DNA of 64,000 bases, from IMG/VR virus record IMGVR_UViG_3300028490_000003, one strand, 5' to 3'. The position numbers and the translations under genes are program-made. Origin of the DNA: an uncultured virus (IMG/VR IMGVR_UViG_3300028490_000003) (taxonomy: Duplodnaviria > Heunggongvirae > Uroviricota > Caudoviricetes). This document shows positions 1 to 8,974 of the stretch, one piece after another; position 1 is the stretch's first letter, and each line of letters opens with the position of its first letter. The notes beneath the pieces were generated by a model, which was not told the DNA's origin, made no database searches, and was given only the letters and a program-made list of their open reading frames with translations.

Positions 1-612
1 AAAACCTGCTGTCTTATGCACTCCCGCATTGCGAATATAGTCCACATCATGAATGTGTCCAAAGCATACTAACTTAGGTTTTATTTTTAAAATTCTTTTA
101 TTTAATGCACTATCTCCAACACTTTCAATAGAATGATCACGATTCAGTGTAGTGTCAAGAATACCTTTCGGCGGTCCGTGTGTTACAAGAATATCAGTAT
201 CTTCTGGAATAGAATTCCAAACTCTACTAATTTTACTTCTATCTTTCATGAAACTCCAGTTACCAAAATTTGGTGTATGAGGTGATCCCCATATCTGTAA
301 TCCCATAATGTCAATAGTATCATTAAATAAATAATCAATACCCAATTTGTCAAAGAGCTTTTTGTGCCATAATAAGTGCTCTACTGCACTATCATGATTT
401 CCTGCCACATATATTTTAAACATAATTGGTAAGGCAGCATACCAATTAGCAAAGTCTCGTATCTCAGGGTCACTTCTATAAGGATCCCCGTAATTTCCTG
501 CATCTCCAGAGTGTATAACTAAATCTATATCCTCTGGTATATCTATCTTAGAATGGTATCCATGAGTATCACTCAAGTGCCATATTCTAATTTTATTCTT
601 GTCTAAGCTCAT
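1..612 (-). CDS. Calcineurin-like metallophosphoesterase (3' end runs off window)
   Basis: Manual translation from ATG at 612 gives MSLDKNKIRIWHLSDTHG...IHSGD...VAGNHD...VTHGPP...FGHIH, the D-x-H, GD, GNHD, H and GHxH motifs. Absent from the ORF track because it is truncated. Confidence 0.9.
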   Translation of the reverse strand, partial: MSLDKNKIRIWHLSDTHGYHSKIDIPEDIDLVIHSGDAGNYGDPYRSDPEIRDFANWYAALPIMFKIYVAGNHDSAVEHLLWHKKLFDKLGIDYLFNDTIDIMGLQIWGSPHTPNFGNWSFMKDRSKISRVWNSIPEDTDILVTHGPPKGILDTTLNRDHSIESVGDSALNKRILKIKPKLVCFGHIHDVDYIRNAGVHKTAGF

Positions 613-931
613 CTTTATCAAAATTAAAGTGGCCCATTTTATCCAAACCTTTTAGTATTAATTCAATTTCATCGTGGTGTAGAGGAAACAATTTATCATT
701 TCCTTTTTCATCAGACATTGAGAAATCAAATCCTTCTCCATTACTCCATTCAGTTATATGCATTAATAACTCAGAGTATTTTCCATTTCCTATTGGTTGT
801 TTAGATGTAAAAGCAAATGCTCTTACTTTTCTTTCGAACTTAGGGTTAAATTCATTTCCCATAACTTTAGGATCATCCCCAAGAACAAAATCAACAAATC
901 TTTTTATTTTCTTTTTAATTTTTTTCTTCAT
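593..931 (-). CDS. hypothetical protein
   Basis: 112 aa ORF, co-oriented and overlapping the next gene's start. Confidence 0.7.
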   Translation of the reverse strand: MKKKIKKKIKRFVDFVLGDDPKVMGNEFNPKFERKVRAFAFTSKQPIGNGKYSELLMHITEWSNGEGFDFSMSDEKGNDKLFPLHHDEIELILKGLDKMGHFNFDKDELRQE

Positions 932-1063
932 CTTATCTTATTATCATCGCTATAATGACATAAAACATATTGATATCATATAAGGATAGATAATATATTA
1001 GCCATTTTAGCATATTAGTACTGGTTTTAGTTAATATAGTGTCCATTTTCCTTATAATTTTAG

Positions 1064-1137
1064 TTGCGCAGGAGGGATTCGAACCCCCGACCTCAAGGTT
1101 ATGAGCCTTGCGAGCTGGCCAACTGCTCTACCGCGCG
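1064..1137 (-). tRNA. tRNA-Met(CAT), initiator-like
   Basis: CGCGCGG...CTGCGCA-A with C1:A72 mismatch, anticodon loop CTCATAA, GGTTCGAATCC T arm. Confidence 0.93.
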
Positions 1138-1148
1138 ATGTTAATTTG

Positions 1149-1220
1149 TACTGCCGAAGGGAATCGAACCCTCGTTTTCACCGTGAAAGGGTGGTGTCCT
1201 GGCCGTTAGACGACGGCAGC
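1149..1220 (-). tRNA. tRNA-Glu(TTC)
   Basis: Cloverleaf, loop CTTTCAC, T arm GGTTCGATTCC. Confidence 0.93.
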
Positions 1221-1230
1221 AAATAATTTG

Positions 1231-1301
1231 TTGACTTAGAAGGATTCGAACCCTCGCTATGTGGACCAAAACCACATGTGCTACCGTTACACCATAAGTC
1301 A
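1231..1301 (-). tRNA. tRNA-Gln(TTG)
   Basis: Cloverleaf, stem TGTGG/CCACA, loop TTTTGGT. Confidence 0.93.
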
Positions 1302-1306
1302 AAATT

Positions 1307-1340
1307 AAAAAAACCTCTAAAATTTCTAATAGAGGTTCTT
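1307..1340 (-). terminator. Intrinsic terminator/attenuator immediately upstream of the Gln-Glu-Met tRNAs
   Basis: AACCTCTA-loop-TAGAGGTT followed by a U-run on the minus strand. Confidence 0.8.
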
Positions 1341-1364
1341 TTATATACAATAACAATAAATACC

Positions 1365-1448
1365 TCAAGTATAAAACATAAATTCCCCACCTTGCACTCT
1401 AATGCACTGTGTATTCTTTATCGAACTTGTATTTATAAAACGAATCAT
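1365..1448 (-). CDS. Putative leader peptide (27 aa) MIRFINTSSIKNTQCIRVQGGEFMFYT
   Basis: ATG..TGA ORF between the promoter motif (1485-1496) and the terminator; the stop overlaps TGAGGT, complementary to ACCTC in the terminator 5' arm. Confidence 0.7.
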   Translation of the reverse strand: MIRFINTSSIKNTQCIRVQGGEFMFYT

Positions 1449-1484
1449 TTGCGACTTTATTGTTTAAATTAATTTTTACACCTA

Positions 1485-1496
1485 TATAATACTAAA
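1485..1496 (-). promoter_or_regulatory. Recurrent TTTAGTATTAT promoter-like motif
   Basis: Same motif found in at least 8 other positions at the head of transcription units. Confidence 0.65.
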
Positions 1497-1519
1497 TATT
1501 TTTAATAATATAAAGTAAA

Positions 1520-2029
1520 TTAGAAAAATAAATATAATTTCCATTCCTCAGGTATATATTTAAGTTGCTTCATTAACATTAAATAATGAGGTCTTTTTGG
1601 AATTGGTATATCTTTACCATACTCTTCTAAAGTAAGATCTGCTTTTTCACCATTACATTTTTTACACGCAGTTACTAAGTTATCCCAAGTATTTTGACCT
1701 CCTTTAGCTTTTGGTACTACATGATCAAGCGTAAGAAGTTTTTTATTATCTTCCCCACAATAAACACATTCATAATTATCTCTACGATAAATATTATCTC
1801 TATTAAGAGGTACTTTATGATATTCTAGTTTAACGTATTTTTTTACACGAATAACTGAAGGTTTCTTTATATCCAGGTTAGGATTAACTAATTTAAAACT
1901 CTCAGGGTGTTCATGTATAATTTCAGCATTACCTTTATAAGCTATAACAAAGGCTCTCTCGGTAGTAATAATACTCCGTGCTGTGTATGTATTGTCGACA
2001 ACTAATGCCTTTGTATATTTATAACTCAT
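1520..2029 (-). CDS. HNH endonuclease (McrA-like)
   Basis: RDNYECVYCG...LTLDHVVPKAKGG...WDNLVTACKKCN. Confidence 0.92.
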   Translation of the reverse strand: MSYKYTKALVVDNTYTARSIITTERAFVIAYKGNAEIIHEHPESFKLVNPNLDIKKPSVIRVKKYVKLEYHKVPLNRDNIYRRDNYECVYCGEDNKKLLTLDHVVPKAKGGQNTWDNLVTACKKCNGEKADLTLEEYGKDIPIPKRPHYLMLMKQLKYIPEEWKLYLFF

Positions 2030-3165
2030 ATTTTAAACCATTTTGTTTTAAACATTATTGGATCAATCAAAGGTAAATTAGAAGCAGAAATACGCTCCAT
2101 TCTATACCCAAGCTTTAAAATACCTTTATGGCATGTCTGTCCAAATCTGTATAATTTATCAATTTGTTCTTTAGTAATAGGTACATCTTTTTCTCCTAAC
2201 TCAGCTCTTTCATAGCCTGCATAAAGAATCCAATTACCATGTTGTTTTACCCAACCATTTTGCTCTAACCATTCTGTTTCATTAACACTATTTTCAAAAT
2301 CTTCAGGGATAACTCCAACATCTACAAGCATATCTGCTATTTGATTATGCAACATAAGAGCTATATCACCATTGAGGCCATAATAGTCCCCATTAGGTGC
2401 TAACCATCCAGCGTCATATCCTTCAAGAATATCTACAGGCTTTATACCTTCTAGCGATATTCCATCAATCTTACGTACATCATCCATGTAATCTTCAAGA
2501 GCATCAATATAAGTAATTTTCTCTTCTATTGCAGCATCAGGTGTTTGAATCATTCTATGAAGTTCATAAAAACTTTCAGGAAGTTCTATATCTTCAGCAG
2601 TAAAACCCACTTGAACATCTAGTTCTTTACCTTTTCTAATAATATCACCCCAAACTTTAAACTGTCTAACACTTTTATCTAATATATCCATAGAGAGTTT
2701 AATAGCTCCAGCATATACAGAAAATTCTCTGTCTACTACATCAGTGATTGCTTTTACATTCTCTTCTCTAAAGTATTTATTAAGTTCTCCTCTACCATAA
2801 TAAATGTCAATTGTAGGGGCTTTAGTACCTTCTGTAGCTAAAAATGATCTAGCTAAAGTAAGTTCTTTACTAAATATACTTACTTTCTTTTGTATATTAT
2901 CAAACTTAATTAATCTACTGATATTTTTAGTATCTACAATAATTTCTTGTGCCTCCACATCTTCTTCTATAAAATAATGTCCTAATAATACTCTAAAGGC
3001 CATTGTTTCATCAATACCCACTAAACTATTTTTTATTACTTTAATAGCTTTCTTAAGATTGAAGTCATAGAGTAAAGTTTCTTGAGCAATATTTGTAAGT
3101 ATTTCTCCAAATCCTTCTCCTATAGTAAAATGTAATGTATCCATTTTAAAATATTGAATAATCAT
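2026..3165 (-). CDS. hypothetical phage protein
   Basis: 379 aa ORF with a GWLAPNG...H motif; function not recognised. Confidence 0.8.
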   Translation of the reverse strand: MIIQYFKMDTLHFTIGEGFGEILTNIAQETLLYDFNLKKAIKVIKNSLVGIDETMAFRVLLGHYFIEEDVEAQEIIVDTKNISRLIKFDNIQKKVSIFSKELTLARSFLATEGTKAPTIDIYYGRGELNKYFREENVKAITDVVDREFSVYAGAIKLSMDILDKSVRQFKVWGDIIRKGKELDVQVGFTAEDIELPESFYELHRMIQTPDAAIEEKITYIDALEDYMDDVRKIDGISLEGIKPVDILEGYDAGWLAPNGDYYGLNGDIALMLHNQIADMLVDVGVIPEDFENSVNETEWLEQNGWVKQHGNWILYAGYERAELGEKDVPITKEQIDKLYRFGQTCHKGILKLGYRMERISASNLPLIDPIMFKTKWFKI

Positions 3166-3400
3166 CTACAAAATGCGGATGAAATTTGTAAAATTCTTTA
3201 TATTGACCTGCATTAACTTTTGACCATATCTCATGTTTTTCAGGAGTCTCTCCCCAGTTAAACATATAATTTAACTTTTCTTTTCCTTGAACTCCAAATG
3301 CTTTTGAGTATCCTATTTTTTCAAGCCTTCGTTGAATAGCTATTTCTGCTATATCAGTAGGAATTTCTTCAAACTTTGAATTATATATTGTTCGTGCCAT
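3146..3400 (-). CDS. small protein with C-terminal DDYSIF tag
   Basis: 84 aa; FNWxxTPE motif shared with 7011-7268. Confidence 0.8.
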   Translation of the reverse strand: MARTIYNSKFEEIPTDIAEIAIQRRLEKIGYSKAFGVQGKEKLNYMFNWGETPEKHEIWSKVNAGQYKEFYKFHPHFVDDYSIF

Positions 3401-3402
3401 AT

Positions 3403-3645
3403 TTAATAATCAATTAAACATATCCTAGGGGTTTTTTTAAGTTTTTCCCATTTTTCCTCTGTTTCACAAGCATCATCAGCTGACCAAGTAGAATCAAAGA
3501 GTTTATAATCTCTTCCATCTTTTTCTACTATAAATTCTGTAGCTATACCATCTACTTTCATAGCTAATCCTTGATGGTCTGGTAACATTACTTCCAATTC
3601 ATCTGGCATATAATATAATGCTTTTTTTAATTCTAGTACTGTCAT
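3403..3645 (-). CDS. hypothetical protein
   Basis: 80 aa, tightly packed with neighbours. Confidence 0.75.
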   Translation of the reverse strand: MTVLELKKALYYMPDELEVMLPDHQGLAMKVDGIATEFIVEKDGRDYKLFDSTWSADDACETEEKWEKLKKTPRICLIDY

Positions 3646-3647
3646 AA

Positions 3648-3941
3648 CTAAAATATTGAATAACCGTCATAAACTTCATCTTTTTTCATAGGAGTATCAA
3701 TTCCTAACCCTGAAAATAATTCATTTTCTGCTACTACATAACGTCGTGTAATCCAGTTAGTAGCAGAACCATAGAAAGAAATCTTGTAGGTAGTAATTTT
3801 ACCTACAAGTTCTCTCTTTTCTTCTACATGTATATTATTTCCTCTATCTATTATAATACCTTTTACAGTACGTACAGCATTATTAAGGTTAAAATGTCCA
3901 TGTAATAAATTATTAGGATTTATTCCGTTCCTTTTAGCCAT
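3648..3941 (-). CDS. small protein with C-terminal DGYSIF tag
   Basis: 97 aa, tightly packed. Confidence 0.8.
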   Translation of the reverse strand: MAKRNGINPNNLLHGHFNLNNAVRTVKGIIIDRGNNIHVEEKRELVGKITTYKISFYGSATNWITRRYVVAENELFSGLGIDTPMKKDEVYDGYSIF

Positions 3942-4414
3942 TAGTCCTGTAAAATCTTACTAATATCACCTAAATCTTTGGCTAATTTTGCTTTAGCACT
4001 CAAGTTAGCTTCAAGCTTAGTTTTAACTTGTACTAATTTCTCTAATTCAGTTTTATTTTCAACTGATTGTACACGCCCAGCAATATCTGTTTTCCAAGCA
4101 GTACCAGTGTACCCCTGTAGTTTAAAAGGATATTTCTGTATATCTACTTTTAATTCAGAAGCAGCTTTTTCATATGCCTCTTGTTTAGCATTAACTACAG
4201 AATAAGCTTTAGTAAGTCCTTCTACAGTATCAATACTTTTGATAGTTCCAAAACCTGACAAACTGGCACCATTAGTAGTACCTGATTTACCTCTTTTAGG
4301 AGTTAAAGAATCAATTTTCTTTTGAACCATTTCTAATAATCCTGGAATATCATCCTGTCCTAAATTAGTTAAATTTAAGTTGTCTTTTTTTGTTGTAACT
4401 TCTGTTGTACTCAT
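3941..4414 (-). CDS. hypothetical helical protein
   Basis: 157 aa; stop overlaps the next start (TAATG). Confidence 0.85.
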   Translation of the reverse strand: MSTTEVTTKKDNLNLTNLGQDDIPGLLEMVQKKIDSLTPKRGKSGTTNGASLSGFGTIKSIDTVEGLTKAYSVVNAKQEAYEKAASELKVDIQKYPFKLQGYTGTAWKTDIAGRVQSVENKTELEKLVQVKTKLEANLSAKAKLAKDLGDISKILQD

Positions 4415-4445
4415 TTTTCTTATTTATTTATTTATTATTTTAATT

Positions 4446-4694
4446 TTAATTCCATTCTCTTGTTGAAAATAATGGTCTAATTTTTTCATATTCCATCATA
4501 TCTCTACTTATTTCATAAGAATCTGCCCATCGTTCTCTAACAGCTATTTTTTCTAGTTGCTCTCTACGATCGTCTATAGCTATTGCTATTAAATATTTTT
4601 CATCTTTATCAAATAATTTTTTAACTACCCAATCTCTAAATTGTATTTTCCATATACTAATCTTAAATTTTAAGTTGTTCATGAAAACATCCAT
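4446..4694 (-). CDS. hypothetical protein
   Basis: 82 aa ORF; start may be the second Met. Confidence 0.7.
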   Translation of the reverse strand: MDVFMNNLKFKISIWKIQFRDWVVKKLFDKDEKYLIAIAIDDRREQLEKIAVRERWADSYEISRDMMEYEKIRPLFSTREWN

Positions 4695-4879
4695 TTACCA
4701 ATTGACCAAAGTATCCATACTATTGCTGCAGACAATGCAATTTGTGCTACTATCCAAAGACATCCTCCACCTAGTGCTAAACCTGCGGCTGTTGCGTCTT
4801 CACTATCTTCCCCACTAAGAAGCATTCCTATATAGGTTGCTAGACCTAAAAATAAGATTATACCTATTATTATCCACAT
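4679..4879 (-). CDS. small membrane protein (2 TM)
   Basis: Two hydrophobic stretches. Confidence 0.75.
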   Translation of the reverse strand: MWIIIGIILFLGLATYIGMLLSGEDSEDATAAGLALGGGCLWIVAQIALSAAIVWILWSIGKWMFS

Positions 4880-4880
4880 A

Positions 4881-5033
4881 TTATATAGTTGTTATTATAT
4901 TATACATAGATGTAACAATAACAAATACACTTAGCCATGCTATTAATCCTAAAGCTATTGCTAAAGGTCTGTTGATTAAAACGTTTCTTTTAAAAGAAAA
5001 CATCCACCATACCATTGTAAAATATTCTTTCAT
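4881..5033 (-). CDS. small membrane protein (50 aa)
   Basis: Manual translation MKEYFTMVWW...IALGLIAWLSVFVIV...; exactly fills the gap between neighbours. Confidence 0.6.
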   Translation of the reverse strand: MKEYFTMVWWMFSFKRNVLINRPLAIALGLIAWLSVFVIVTSMYNIITTI

Positions 5034-5035
5034 AA

Positions 5036-5317
5036 CTATCTATTTTTTATTATTATTTGATAATCTACTACTGTACTATCTTTACCTTTTAAAGCATATA
5101 CTTCTATATCTCCTTGAGCTATTTTAGTATACATTACTTTTCTTTGTATTGATAATGCCACTAAACTAATAGCTGCTACTACAAAAATTAATAATGCCAT
5201 TGATCTTTCATCATATGGCCCAGCATTTGTTCCAAGTGTTAAAGATAAAAATATTATTAAACTAATTACACCTACTATTATGAGGCCTACTATTATTAGT
5301 ATTAAAACTATTTCCAT
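5036..5317 (-). CDS. small membrane protein (2 TM)
   Basis: Two hydrophobic stretches. Confidence 0.75.
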   Translation of the reverse strand: MEIVLILIIVGLIIVGVISLIIFLSLTLGTNAGPYDERSMALLIFVVAAISLVALSIQRKVMYTKIAQGDIEVYALKGKDSTVVDYQIIIKNR

Positions 5318-5338
5318 TTTATTTAAATTTAATTATTA

Positions 5339-5370
5339 AAAAAGGCCAAACAAATTAATGTTTGGCCAAT
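5339..5370 (-). terminator. Intrinsic terminator after the TROVE gene
   Basis: GGCCAAACA/TGTTTGGCC hairpin plus U-run on minus. Confidence 0.8.
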
Positions 5371-5391
5371 GAATATATCAAAATACTGAAG

Positions 5392-6975
5392 TTATATTAC
5401 TATAGCTTCAATTTCTTTCAAGAGTGCTCGTGGATCCAATTCTACTTTCTTAGCCATTTCATAAATGTCTTGACCATACCCGTATAATTGACACACTTTC
5501 TTTTCTTGTTTAAACATTGTAGAACCATATCCTTGAATATCTACAGTATAAATATAAGGCATACCATATTTTTTCTTATATGATTGATAAGAACTTCCAG
5601 AAACAATACTATCTCCTCCTTGTAAGTCAGAAATAATAAATATTCTATCATAATGAGTACCATTTAATTCAGCAAAAATATTTCCAAAATTAGTACCATG
5701 CCCAACTTTACCTTGACTATTAATAACAGTTTTTTTAATAGTATTAATACTATCAAGTCTATTAAATAGAATACCTTGAGTAGTTGTAGCAAATTGAAAT
5801 AAATCAGCACCAATACCTTTTGCAAAAGTAGCCCCAATAAGAGCAGCTTTTTCAATAGGATTCTTGTTAAGATTTACACTACCAATTTTACAACCAGAAC
5901 CCCACATACCCCACATAGATCCAGACGTATCTACAACAACAGCTGTATTACCATCAGGAAATAGCTCAGCAAGATTAGGAACAGCTAATTCATAAGCAGT
6001 ATCAATTGCTTTTAGAATCTTTAAAGGTATTTTCACACCTTCAGCTACCATAATCTCCATAGCGATATCTATTTGATGAGGAAAAATAAGAGATTGTTTG
6101 ATTAATTTCTTATCAGTCAACATAGCAACAACATCATCTATAGTATCAGCATTAATACCAGCTTTAAGAATATTTCTTAAGTTTCTGATTAATGCAAAAT
6201 AACCAATCTTTCTTGTACTTATAAGTTCAGAAAAGTTCTCTTTCTTAGCTTGTTTTACTTGTACTTCCGCTTCAGTCTTAGTAATTTCACCACTAATAAC
6301 TTTAGCAGCTACTTCTTGTCCAGATTTAGTATTCTTATCTTCAACAGTATTAAACTGTGTAAGATTACCTTTCATAAGTTTTTCAAATACTTCAATCATA
6401 TTATCCTCAGGTCTTGGATGAACTAAGTTAACAATATCTACAAGAGATATAGCTTTACCTTTTCCTTGATATTTCGCAAGTTCATAAGTATCAGCATGCT
6501 CTAAAGCATTTCTAAATCCTTTCTTTATTGCTCCAGGTAAAGGTTTTCCAGGGTTAAAATGAAAATAGGCTGCAGCGATTTCTAACATATCATCTAAACG
6601 ATGAACGATACCACCTGTCTCAGCTTTTCTATTTCTTTTGCTAAAAAACCTTTTTCCTAATTCCATACCAGATAGGTGAGGAACTAAACCTACAGCTCCT
6701 AAATGAGTAACAGAACGTTGTCCAATTACTGATCTAGTATATACTAAAGCTTTAGCAACAAATTCAATATCCTTAGGAGTTTTTGCTACTTTTCCAACTA
6801 ATTCTAACAGACGTTTACTTCTGTCATCTAAAGTTTCATAGTATTTATTACCGCTAATTCCAGTTGCTAATAAACTAATTAATTCTAATTTTGGGCTTAA
6901 TTTAAACCCTTCTCCACCTTGATGATTTATAATCTTTTCAGGGGCTCTTTTAGTTTTTTGGTTGTACATTGACAT
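5392..6975 (-). CDS. Ro60/Rsr-like TROVE-domain RNA-binding protein with C-terminal vWA domain
   Basis: N-terminal NHQGGEGF..SPKLEL, YELAKY, LxDIVNLVHPRP, YFALIRNLRNI, and MIDAS motif VDTSGSM...GT...IISDLQ. Confidence 0.93.
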   Translation of the reverse strand: MSMYNQKTKRAPEKIINHQGGEGFKLSPKLELISLLATGISGNKYYETLDDRSKRLLELVGKVAKTPKDIEFVAKALVYTRSVIGQRSVTHLGAVGLVPHLSGMELGKRFFSKRNRKAETGGIVHRLDDMLEIAAAYFHFNPGKPLPGAIKKGFRNALEHADTYELAKYQGKGKAISLVDIVNLVHPRPEDNMIEVFEKLMKGNLTQFNTVEDKNTKSGQEVAAKVISGEITKTEAEVQVKQAKKENFSELISTRKIGYFALIRNLRNILKAGINADTIDDVVAMLTDKKLIKQSLIFPHQIDIAMEIMVAEGVKIPLKILKAIDTAYELAVPNLAELFPDGNTAVVVDTSGSMWGMWGSGCKIGSVNLNKNPIEKAALIGATFAKGIGADLFQFATTTQGILFNRLDSINTIKKTVINSQGKVGHGTNFGNIFAELNGTHYDRIFIISDLQGGDSIVSGSSYQSYKKKYGMPYIYTVDIQGYGSTMFKQEKKVCQLYGYGQDIYEMAKKVELDPRALLKEIEAIVI

Positions 6976-7010
6976 TTTCTTATTATTTAATGGGTTATTA
7001 TTTATTTAAT

Positions 7011-7268
7011 TTAAAATACTGAATAATTATCAATATTTTCTGTATATTTTTTATAGAGAAGTTTAAGGTTATCATTTTGTTTATCCCAATAATTACCTCC
7101 TTCAGGAGATATATGCCAATTAAAACCTTTACCGTGAGTACACATATTAAGACACATATTATCATCTACTTCACATTCTTCAGCTAGTATATTTTTAACA
7201 GCTTTTTTATATAATACAGGATGTGATTCTTTTACAAACCATAAAGGTACTTCTTTTAATATGATCAT
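7011..7268 (-). CDS. small protein with C-terminal DNYSVF tag
   Basis: 85 aa; FNWHISPEGGNYW motif. Confidence 0.8.
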   Translation of the reverse strand: MIILKEVPLWFVKESHPVLYKKAVKNILAEECEVDDNMCLNMCTHGKGFNWHISPEGGNYWDKQNDNLKLLYKKYTENIDNYSVF

Positions 7269-7287
7269 AATTTTAATTTTGTTTAAT

Positions 7288-7320
7288 AAAAAAGGCCGCC
7301 CAAATTAATGAGCGGCCTTG
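7288..7320 (-). terminator. Intrinsic terminator after the Y-RNA-like cluster
   Basis: AAGGCCGC/GCGGCCTT hairpin plus U-run; loop region caaattaatg is identical to the 5339 terminator. Confidence 0.8.
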
Positions 7321-7327
7321 TTAAAAA

Positions 7328-7484
7328 AAGGTAGAGAATACGTGAGAGAGGTTTGCCATTTTTAGGGTGATGACACCACCATGGTTTACGAGCCCGATGT
7401 CTCGCTTCTTTCTCAATGTATAGTGTAATGTCTAGCATTACTTTATAAAATGTTACGATGTAACTCTTTCATTACTACTACCTT
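7328..7484 (-). ncRNA. Y-RNA-like (Yrl-like) ncRNA, copy A
   Basis: Terminal stem AAGGTAG/CTACCTT, conserved GTAGTA..GAGTTACATCG and ATTCTC motifs, close to the TROVE gene. Confidence 0.7.
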
Positions 7485-7490
7485 ATAATT

Positions 7491-7568
7491 TAACAAGGGA
7501 ATTAGTGCGGTGTGTTATGTGTAAAATACCAAAAATTTCGAAGTAACACAGGTGCTTACCACTTGTTA
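7491..7568 (-). ncRNA. Y-RNA-like ncRNA, copy B (minimal)
   Basis: TAACAAG/CTTGTTA stem, GTGGTA..GTGTTACTTCG..ATTCC. Confidence 0.7.
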
Positions 7569-7583
7569 TATATGTTTAAAAAA

Positions 7584-7715
7584 TAAGGGGGAATGCTGGG
7601 ATGAGCATAATGATATAAATGCAGGACTTGAACCCGCGACGTTTTGTTCCGAATACAAATGATCTAACCAACTGATCTAATTTACGATGAAACTCATGGA
7701 TCCTCACCACCCTTA
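7584..7715 (-). ncRNA. Y-RNA-like ncRNA, copy C, carrying a tRNA-like body (anticodon TCG)
   Basis: TAAGGG/CCCTTA stem, GAGTTTCATCG, then D arm GATCAGTTGGTTAGATC, TTTGT-ATTCGGA-ACAAA, T arm GCGGGTTCAAGTCCTGC. Confidence 0.75.
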
Positions 7716-7780
7716 ATTTTTTATTTTTCAATGAACTTTCTACTACTAAAACGTAATAGATATTGTTTTATTGTTTGAAA

Positions 7781-8044
7781 TTATTTAATTCCTCCAATAA
7801 GTACCCCATTTTTAAATATGAGTACTCCTTTTGTTTCTAAGATAAAATAAACAAATTTATTTTTACCTTTAGTAACTCTTTTTACTTTGATCACTTTAAC
7901 GCCTTTAGCTCCTTGCTTAGTTACGTTCTTAAGTGTGATAGCATTACTGTCAATAGTATATACTTGACCCTTTTTCATGTCTTGTGCCTGTGCAGATACC
8001 ACCATTCCGATGACTAATACTGCTAATATAAATAATTTTCTCAT
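7781..8044 (-). CDS. small secreted protein
   Basis: Sec signal peptide MRKLFILAVLVIGMVVSAQA-Q. Confidence 0.8.
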   Translation of the reverse strand: MRKLFILAVLVIGMVVSAQAQDMKKGQVYTIDSNAITLKNVTKQGAKGVKVIKVKRVTKGKNKFVYFILETKGVLIFKNGVLIGGIK

Positions 8045-8661
8045 TAAAATGTAACTTTTATACCTGCGTCAATCGAAGGTAATTTTAGAACATAATGTTC
8101 ATTTTCAAATTTTCTAGCTGCGTCTACTTTATAATCGTAATCACCATCATCAAAATACTCATCATCAAGTGTGATATCTAGATTCATCTTTTGCATATTA
8201 TATCCTGCAAATGCACCTACTGTAATACCATTTTTAAGTTCATAGTTATATCCAACATTACCTGTTATATGTAATTTACCTGTAGCGGCTACATTTATAT
8301 AACTATAGTTAAAATCATAATTATAAAACATATGTCCTACATCCATATTAACATATAAACCATCTACCCAAGGTAAATTGTATGCAAATCTTGCAAATAC
8401 TGGATAAGTCTGAAATCCTTCTTCTACAAAGTCATCTTTAAATATGTTAATTCCTGCTCCAATACCAACTTCGAAATCTCCAAGAGGTGCTGTAGCAATA
8501 GCATACGCCGTTAACTTATCAAAATCTAATTGTAGCTCATCGTTTTTATCAGCTACACTAAAACCATATCCTATCTCTAAATCAGGTCTAATTTTAAACT
8601 TTTGCGCGTAAACGCCCGTTGTGAATAACAATATAGCTATTCCTAAAATAATTCTTTTCAT
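8044..8661 (-). CDS. Outer-membrane beta-barrel protein
   Basis: Signal peptide (..VYA-Q), alternating aromatic/Gly beta strands, C-terminal AGIKVTF beta signal. Confidence 0.8.
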   Translation of the reverse strand: MKRIILGIAILLFTTGVYAQKFKIRPDLEIGYGFSVADKNDELQLDFDKLTAYAIATAPLGDFEVGIGAGINIFKDDFVEEGFQTYPVFARFAYNLPWVDGLYVNMDVGHMFYNYDFNYSYINVAATGKLHITGNVGYNYELKNGITVGAFAGYNMQKMNLDITLDDEYFDDGDYDYKVDAARKFENEHYVLKLPSIDAGIKVTF

Positions 8662-8679
8662 AATCTGTTTTTAAATTAG

Positions 8680-8763
8680 TACTCCTGACTGGATTCGAAC
8701 CAGCAAGCCTTTCGGCGTCAGATTTTAAGTCTGATGTGTTTACCTAAATTTCACCACAAGAGC
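8680..8763 (-). tRNA. tRNA-Leu(TAA)
   Basis: Loop CTTAAAA, long variable arm GCCGAAAGGC. Confidence 0.93.
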
Positions 8764-8770
8764 AGTTATG

Positions 8771-8974
8771 TTATTTACCATTTAAGATATCTAACAAAGC
8801 ACCCATTACTTGTTGGTTGCTTTCTCCCCAAAACATCTCACATTTAAAAACTCCTTTATCTATTACAAAAGGTTCCACTAAAAATATAGGATTATCAATC
8901 TCAGGATTTTCATCATATCTATGACATTTTTCTTTTACAGGACATTTAGTCCCTTTACACAGTGTTATGTCCAT
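8771..8974 (-). CDS. small Cys-rich protein
   Basis: MDITLCKGTKCPVKEKCHRY...CEMFW; start placed at the second Met. Confidence 0.75.
   Translation of the reverse strand: MDITLCKGTKCPVKEKCHRYDENPEIDNPIFLVEPFVIDKGVFKCEMFWGESNQQVMGALLDILNGK

Noticed and set aside
1141..1390. Track ORFs 1141-1368 and 1178-1390
   Set aside because: They run through tRNA-Glu, tRNA-Gln and a terminator; shadow ORFs
7328..7715. Repeated motifs read as a CRISPR array
   Set aside because: Repeats are degenerate, paired 5'/3' and irregularly spaced, and no cas operon is present; the 34672 nuclease is a stand-alone PD-(D/E)XK protein
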